From the human T2T-CHM13v2.0 reference genome, Homo sapiens, in NCBI RefSeq assembly GCF_009914755.1, contig NC_060935.1: a stretch of 64,000 nt of DNA, one strand, 5' to 3'. Below the pieces are notes generated by a model. That model was not told where the DNA came from and did no database searches. It saw nothing but the letters and a program-made list of their open reading frames with translations. Of this stretch, positions 56,675 to 64,000 are shown one piece after another (the first letter of the stretch is position 1; the number at the start of each line of letters is the position of its first letter). Position numbers and translations under genes: made by a program.

Positions 56675-56856
56675 AGTCAATGGCCTTCAAGCCCCAGCTG
56701 CTGCACGTTAAAATCACTTAGCAGCCATTTAAAACATGCTAATGCCTGGGTTCTACTCTAGACTGATGAATATCCAGAGGTGACGACCAAGCATTAGTAT
56801 TTCTTAAAAGCTCTGCTGGTGATTTTAATATGTAACCAGAGCTATGAGTTACTGGG
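56675..56856. mobile_element. MER5-like hAT-Charlie MITE
   Basis: caatggccttcaag..ctgcacgttaaaatcactt..tttaaaacatgctaatgcctgggttc..gcattagtatttcttaaaagctc..ggtgattttaatatgtaaccagag..gagttactgg. Confidence 0.7.
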
Positions 56857-57378
56857 TTAACTAGAGGAAAACAGTTCCTGACCACACATGCCTCAGAAAC
56901 ATGAAAGCATCTACCACATTTTTAAAATCTGAGTGCATCATCTTTGAGATGGATTGCTTGTGGTTGTACCAGCCGACTTAGTGTCCCTTTTTCTGGATTG
57001 GCCATTCTTTCTGCTAAGTGGCCAGGGAGCATGAGATCACAGATAGTATCTCAGTGTAGGTTCTAGAAAGATATTTGTTGAATGAATGAGTGAACAAATA
57101 AATGTCAAGAGAACTCCTAGGACATTAGCTGACAGTTTGTAATACTAGTTGTCAGAGGTGGGTTTCGAGAATGGCTTCCCAAAAGCAAATGATGGTTAAA
57201 GTAAGAAAGTGTCACCAGATTTTATGATTCAAAAATAACAGCTAAACTTCAAGACTTTCATAACAAAACATGGTAAAGATAGCAGTCAGAATTCAAAAGT
57301 GAACAAGGAAGGCAGTAATGTAGAAGTGTTGGTAGTGTATGTTGATCACTCCTTTATGAAGTTTAGAAGAAAAGGAAG

Positions 57379-57685
57379 GGTCAGGCGCAGTGGCTGATTC
57401 CTGTAATCCCAGCACTTTGGGAGGCCGAAGTGGGCAGATCACTTAAGGTCAGGAGTTCAGGGCCAGCCTGGCCAACATGGTGAAAACCCCATCTCTACTA
57501 AAAACACAAAAATTAGCCAGGTGTGTGGCACATGTCTGTAATACCAGCTACTCAGGAGGCTGAGACAGAAGAATAGCTTGAACCCAGGTGGCAGAGGTTG
57601 CAGTGAGCCAAGCCACTGCACTCTAGCCTGGCTGACAGAGCGAGACTCCATCTCAAAAAAAAAAAAAAAAAAAAAAAGAATAAGA
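57379..57685 (+). mobile_element. AluS SINE (AluSx/Sz-like)
   Basis: Full dimer with A-tail; TSD agaagaaaaggaag at 57365-57378 and 57686-57699. Confidence 0.95.
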
Positions 57686-57899
57686 AGAAGAAAAGGAAGG
57701 AAGAAGAGACATTAAGGTATATCTGGAAGTGAAAGAATTCTCTGTGCAGTTTGAAAATAGAGAAATGGGGTGGGTGGGGAGAGTAAGATGCTGAACAGGG
57801 TAGCATAGCTGAGGGAGGAAGACTGCAGAGGGGACAAGGTTGAGAACACTGCAGAGGACTTCTCCCATAATTCAGCAATAATTCGGGTAGTGTGCCTTT

Positions 57900-58376
57900 G
57901 GTCTAGTTAGCTTCTGTTGTGTAAGAAACCATCCTGATTTGTGGATGGGGAATTTGGGCAGAACTCAGCTTGGTGATCCTCCCACTCCATGTGGTCTCAG
58001 TTAGGCCTAGCAATGACATTTGCCTGGTGACTGGGCTGGTCTAGGGGATCCAAGACAGCTTCGCTCTCACGCCTTGCTGCTGTGGAAGGCCATGCCCACA
58101 TGGGCTCCTTCTTCTCTGTGGTGTCTCAAGATGTTTCTACACGATCTTTCCAGTAGGAATGCTGGGCCTTCAGTGGCAGCATCAAGCTCCAAGAGACGAA
58201 GGTGGGGGCTCTCGGTCCTCCCAGGCTGGGCCTGGTGCTGACATGTGATCCCTTCTGCTGCACTCTGTTAGTATAGCAAGGCACCAAGCCCAGCCCAGAC
58301 TCAGAGAAAGGGGAAATGTAATCCACCTCTCAGCGACAGGACTATCAAACAACTCATAGTCATCTTTAATCCACCA
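57900..58376 (-). mobile_element. MLT1 (H-like) MaLR LTR
   Basis: ctagttagcttctgttgtgtaagaaaccatcc...gaatttgggcagaactcagc...ggatccaagacagcttc...cccagcccagactcagagaaaggggaa...catctttaatccacca. Confidence 0.7.
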
Positions 58377-58514
58377 GGGTCATGCTCTAGAAAGGATAAG
58401 CACAGAAGAACAGTTTTGAAGTAGAAAATAGTAAAAGTGACTAGCCATAGCCGCTGATTAACCAATTAATCTTGAACTGTTTTCTCCTCTGTAAAGTGTG
58501 GTTAATAGTAAGAC

Positions 58515-58700
58515 CTGCCTGAGTCTGAGACTGGGTTTTCCAGGAGACAGAATCTGAGACGTAATTTAGCAAATAAGTTGCTGATTGGGGAGTGCCCTTG
58601 AAATCAGCACCTGTGGAAAGGTGGAAGAGGAAGCAGGAATGAACAGAGGGACAATTCAGACTATGACACTGATCAGTGGCGGCCGGGACCAGCCCCACAG
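58515..58700 (-). mobile_element. LTR16-like ERVL LTR fragment
   Basis: gggttttccaggagacagaatctgagac...gattggggagtgcccttgaaatcagcacctgtggaaagg..aggaagcaggaatgaacagaggga. Confidence 0.55.
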
Positions 58701-58722
58701 CAGGGGCTGGAGTGAGGATGAC

Positions 58723-58930
58723 CTAACTCTTTGGGCCCTTGGTTTCTCTGAGCCTGGGTTGCCTTAGCTGTGAAAGGGGTCAATAGTTCTTGCCTAATGG
58801 CACTGTCATGAGGATTGAGTGAGAGCACACATGCACCTGCACACAGGAAACCTGGTACAGGGGATGCCTGATAAATGTTTAAGGTGATGGGATGTATCCT
58901 AAGTAATTTCTGAATGGAGTAAGGGGGCAG
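58723..58930 (+). repeat. Left arm of inverted duplication (MIR-derived core plus extension)
   Basis: Reverse-complement match to 59821-60045, including a perfect 30-mer at 58777-58806. Confidence 0.9.
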
Positions 58931-59579
58931 TAATTACTCATCAGAGTAATTCTCAGGGGGCGGGTATTGCCAGACCTCTACGCTTAATCTTGAATGTGGC
59001 CACCTGGGGAAGGGACATGGCCCCAGAGAGGTCTCTCTCCAGCAGGATTGATCCCCAAAAGGGCTGAGAGCCATAACCACCTGTCTGCCAAGGGCACTCT
59101 GGGCAGCTGAGCAACAATCTCTCTCTGAAGTGGGACGTGGGTGCTGACCCCGGTGCCCATCACAGGGCATTGGCAATGCTTATAATGCGCCGGAAATCGC
59201 ATCCTGTACATTGGAAGCTCTGTTTGAATGTCAGCTGCTGTTGACCAGTGGTTGCCATAAAGGGTTTGCAGGCGAGACAAGGGAAGTGGTTTGCTGAATG
59301 ATGATGTGGAGAAGGACCAGAAGATAGCTAGTGCTTCTGTGCAGGGGCCACACCAGCATTTAGCACAGTCGGGGTGGGCCAGGAGTCAAAGGTAGCCAGA
59401 AGGAGCCTAGCTAATGGACTGGGCAAATTTGGAAAATTGCTAATACATTCACAGACTGGTGTCAGTAAGGTGGCGCTCTCTTCACTGTGTGAATGAATGA
59501 AAAGGTCATCCGACTACACTGCTTTGCTTTCCCGTGATTATTCAGCATCACTGGGGCATGAGGTAATGGGAAGATAATG

Positions 59580-59712
59580 GGCTCTGGGTTCAGATCCCAG
59601 CTTTGCTGTTTCCTAGATGTATGAACTTTGGCAAGGTAATTAATCTCTCTGATCTTCAGCTCCCTCATTTTAAAATGGAGATCACAATAACAAACTTGTA
59701 GGGTTACTTAAC
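59580..59712 (+). mobile_element. MIR SINE
   Basis: ctgggttcagatcccagctttgc...actttggcaaggtaattaatctctctgatcttcagctccctcattttaaaatggagat. Confidence 0.8.
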
Positions 59713-59820
59713 AGTAATGTGTGTGTGTGTGTGCATGTATATATACATACACTTTGCCTGGAAAGAAATGCCTGAGATCAACAAGTAAACGTTTCTATGC
59801 TACGTGGAGTTACTTGCAAA

Positions 59821-60045
59821 CTGTCTCATGGCTCCATTCAGAAATTACCTAGGCTGCATCCCACGGTGTTGAGATTCAACGTAAACATTTATCAAGCATC
59901 CATTGTACCAGGCTCCCTGTTGTACAGGTGCAGGTGTGCTCTGGCTCAATCCTCACAACAGTGCCATTAGGCAAGAACTATTGACCCATTTCACAGTGAA
60001 GGCAACTGAGACTCAGAGAAGCCAAGAGCCCAAGGTGTGAGTTAG
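59821..60045 (-). repeat. Right arm of inverted duplication (MIR-derived core plus extension)
   Basis: acagtgccattaggcaagaactattgaccc (59958-59987) is the exact reverse complement of 58777-58806. Confidence 0.9.
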
Positions 60046-61778
60046 CACATAAATGACACAGTCAGAATATGAGCCCATGTCTTTGGACTCCCAGTCTGAC
60101 CCCCACTTTACTGCAGCGCAGTAGAAAAGACAGTCACCCTAAATTGAGGCACAGGTTAAGTATTTCTCTGCACCCCAGCTGGGGATGGCTGATTGGGCAG
60201 GTGTGGGTCCACAGTGGTACTCACAGTAGGACAGGTCAGGTGTGTGTTTCAGGTGGGCTAATCACCATAGATGGGAGCGTGCATCTCCAATGTCCGCTTG
60301 GATTGTCAGCTTTCTTTGGAATAATTAAGAGAAGGTAAAGGAAGAGGAAAAGGAGTAAAGAAATCATCTTTGTACATTTTAATCTGAGCTGTTTTCGAGC
60401 AGTGTGATAAGGTAGGTTGTCGAAATGTCAGCTTCTCCTTATCTCTAATTGACTTAAGTAGAGGCAGCTCTAATCCTTGTGTGCACAGGAGCCTGGAATG
60501 GAGAGATGAGGCCAATTGATTCCTACTTTTTAATTAACAGGTGAGCTGCTTAAAAACAATAGTATATTGGGGGCAGGTTGGGAACAGGAAGGAATGTGAG
60601 GGAGGGTCATCTCCACCACAGTGGCATTTAGAGAAATATTAACAAGTGTCAGCATTTGATTTGAATCAGGGGCTGGAGCAGAGGGAAAAGTTATGTCTTA
60701 TGCATGGGTGTGGTCACAAAAGACTGCTGCCAAAGTGACAAAAAATATTTATACTTCTCTCCATACACAAATGGAAAGACCCTTCGATTTTTGAAGTATC
60801 ATGAGGGAGACCTCGAGGTATTCCCTTGTGCAAATTGCTCCTCATACTGTCCCCCCATGTTGCAGCCAGGAGCAGTTTAGTTGGTGATTTCAGTCCTATC
60901 TAGTCCGAGCAATGACAAGTCAGCCTGGCAACCTCTTACAAGTCTCACCCAGCCAGTGCATCAAATCTGGAGGAACTTTGCCCACACTGTGTCTGATGTA
61001 CCTATGTGTAACCCCCCTGGTCTCCCAGAGCTGACTAGCTATTCTCGTCGTATGTGCTGGTTCTAAATGGCTAAGGCTCCTGTCCTCATTCCCTTGGGTC
61101 TCCTTATTCTGAACCCAACCTGTTTGGCTGATGCCCTCATTCCCTACAAAACAGTTTTTATTCCCCCACCCCTGGGGGCTGGATTTTATATTCTGGACCC
61201 TTCTCCCCTTACTTCATCTCTAGTTCTATAACCAACAGCTTGGTGACATCTATGATCACAGTTCTCTTCTGCATTCACTGCACATGACCACCACCTGGAT
61301 ATTCTTATCACCATGCCTCTTCCATTTCCCAAATTAGTTTCCTGGCATACTCTTACCTGGATGGATTACACTGAGATTTGCTCTATTTCCTGGATATAGG
61401 CCATTGAACTCTGTTCTGCCTTAGTTGGGGATAGAGAAGGAGGAAAAAGCCTCATTATTGAATTTGCTTCCCAAGACCCATCCTTGGAAAAAGCCATCTT
61501 ATGTAATTTCTTTCTTTCCTGCTATTTCTAACATCCCAGAGTTCTTCAGAGCCAAGCAACCATGGATCATGATGCTTACAACGTTATGGGAGCATGCACT
61601 CAAATACACGGGACTTTTAACTAGTGTTCTTAGTATATTAATAGATGAGAGGCAGGGGTGTGGACTAGACGGTCTCTGAATATTTTCCTTTCCAGGATTT
61701 AACAATCTGACTCTTTGGTAGATTTGGAAAGCGATAAATCAAATAACTATTGAGGATGTTCAGCCCATTGATCATGTA

Positions 61779-62006
61779 CTAGTTGAGTATCCCTAACCTA
61801 AAAATCTGAAATCTGAAATGTTCCAAAATCTGAAATGTTTTGAGCATCAACAGAAGGCTCAAAGGAAATGCTCATTGTGACCCTTCAAGTTTTCAGATGA
61901 GAAATGCTCAACTGGTATAATGCAAATGTTCCAAATTTTTTTAAAAAATCTAAAACCTGGAAGACTTCTGGTCCCAAGGATTGCAGATAAGGTGTAACTT
62001 TCACCT
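61779..62006. mobile_element. Tigger4a (MER46A/Zombi)-like DNA transposon
   Basis: agttgagtatccctaacctaaaaatctgaaatctgaaatgttccaaaatctgaaa...aaaggaaatgctcattg...atgctcaactggtataatgcaaatgttccaaa...acttctggtcccaag. Confidence 0.85.
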
Positions 62007-62189
62007 CTCTATCTTTATGCTTGTTTTCATTTTGTCTGTTTTTATTTAACTTCTTAAAATCTTCCCCAAAGTTCTGTTATCAGGGAGACATCTTGGTCTG
62101 GGAATATGCCTTCCCTCTTCAATAGAATTCATGTAAGTTTCCTGAGGATTGGCACTGTGTTTGATCCATTGAGATAGCTCCGTAATAAA

Positions 62190-62375
62190 AATAACTGGCA
62201 TTTATTAAGCACTTACTTTGTGTCTGAAATTGTGCTGTGCCCTTTACATGTTTAGTTCCCTTAATGCTCACATCTGTTCTATGAGAGAGGTGTTCTTCTT
62301 ATCTGCATTTTATAATTAAGGAAATAGAAGCTAGGGGATGTTAAGAAACTTTCACAGGTTCACACAGCTACTCAG
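62190..62375 (-). mobile_element. MIR SINE
   Basis: catttattaagcacttactttgtgtc...tatgagagaggt...cattttataattaaggaaatagaagct...gttcacacagcta. Confidence 0.8.
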
Positions 62376-64000
62376 TGCCACAGATGCTTCACCAATATGC
62401 AATACAGTCTTCCTGCAGCTATCCCGGTGCCCATGATGACTTCTTATTCTGTGTTTGTTGAATGAATGTTGTGTTAAGGCATGGATTCTGTTTCCAGTTC
62501 TGCTGCTAACTGGAGTAATCTCCTCGAAATAATTGAGCTCATTCTTTTTATCTACCGCCTCCCACAGATCCCAGTACAGAGTAAGTATTCAGTAAGTATT
62601 TAATAAATGCATGCTAAATAAATGGGTGAATGAGTGCTTGATCCCAGAATTCTCTTCTACATCTAACAGCCTATGACTGTAGCTTATATGGATCTCCTCT
62701 TCCCTGACCTCTCATAGCACACTTGATGTTTAGACATTTGATTTGATTTGATTTCATCTTTTGTTGGTTCTAACTGTTTAGTGTGTGTGTTTTGTATTTC
62801 CGAATAGATTACATTTTATTTCCTTGGTATTCCCCACAGTGCCTAGCCCAGTGCCTAGATGTCATGAGTGCTCAGTAAATATATATTGCAATGGGATTGA
62901 GTATCGCTTCAGCACACTTCAAGCCAGAAGAAACACTGAAATTAGTCACCTCCTGGGCTATTGTTTTCCTCTTTAGAGAAGCTGTCATGCAGTTTCTGCT
63001 AAACAGATGTTTTGGACAGGTCAGGGAGCAGAATCCAGGCTGCGGCTAATGGCACAATTTGACATCCTGCCACAGTTTACCCACCCATCTGCCCATAAGG
63101 GCTGGTCCCCAGATAGAAAGGGTATTTACGAAGCTCTTAGTAAATCCAGAGGACAATCATGTAAAAGATAGACTCTTAGATAATTGATAAAATTTCTCTG
63201 AGTGAGTGGAACCCTTAGGTTGTTGTAAACATGTGTACATGCTTGCACGTGCACACACAAGACTCAACTTTGAACCTTGAGGGAAAAATTAGACTCTCAA
63301 CCTTGCTCCTTTCTGATGAATGGGAACAAAACCAATTCTCAGAGGGTAAATAGGATGGGGAAATGCAGACAGGCTCATCAGTGCCCAAGGAAACCAAGAA
63401 GGGCCACCGGAGTGTCAAGGCTCTCCAGGGAAAATGTGGGTTTCTACAGCATGGGAGACTCCAGAGACTTTAACACGCACCAACTGAAATCAAGGCTGCT
63501 CGGTGCATGTGTTGGTTTCATGGCATGGATATTTATACAAGAAAGATAAACCCTCTAGGAAGTGATTAAGAGAAAAATCAAAAGAAAGACTGAAAAGCCT
63601 GGGCCTGGAGTGACGCCCACCTACCCTTAGATACCTCCCCTGTACCTAATGGACTTGATATTCTTTGCAAATAGGCATAATCACTACTGTTTTGCAATTT
63701 CGTGAATAATCTACCCTTGGAGGGAATGAAGTTTCTTATCCTATTCTGCCAGCCTCCTCAGCCACCCTCCCTCTCCCCCAGCCTATAATCTAAGGACTCC
63801 ACCTCTCCCCCTCACACACTATTACAGAGTTTGTTTGAGGAGTGTACAAGTGCCTTCTAGAAAGAGGCAGACTGGGTATTCGTTTACTCTAGTGCTATCA
63901 TCCCTCCCCATTGGATGCATCTGAGGAAGGTGAATTACTTGGGGCTGCCTCTATATCTTAAAATCCTTCCACACGTCAGATAGAAAATCACTTTGCAATT

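Noticed and set aside
58932-58951. AATTACTC-atca-GAGTAATT hairpin at the inner edge of the left inverted arm (also GTTGA-gat-TCAAC at 59868-59880 in the right arm)
   Set aside because: Could be template-switch scars but too short to distinguish from chance

Overview
Primate (very likely human or great-ape) genomic DNA, intergenic or deep-intronic. I recognise no host protein-coding exon, RNA gene, CpG island or CRISPR array. The only ORFs with recognisable protein homology are LINE-1 ORF2 fragments; the others are chance or Alu-derived. The window is layered with transposons: ancient MIR/L2/hAT/Tigger/MaLR remnants, nine Alu copies, a solo LTR10A-like ERV1 LTR, a 5'-inverted L1PA2-like insertion (41080-42934) and a short L1PA fragment whose 5' end is a perfect fold-back palindrome (34424-34864). 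The most notable structures are: (1) a 7 x 118-bp tandem array (53125-53950) whose unit carries both an ATG..TGA 28-codon hydrophobic micro-ORF and an acceptor/donor pair; (2) a ~210-bp inverted duplication (58723-58930 / 59821-60045) with a 30-bp perfect core bracketing a motif-rich unique segment; (3) tail-to-tail inverted Alus only ~23 bp apart inside an MST LTR; (4) a near-consensus CTCF site at 45855-45873. Repeat family names come from recalled consensus sequences, and boundaries of old repeats are approximate.
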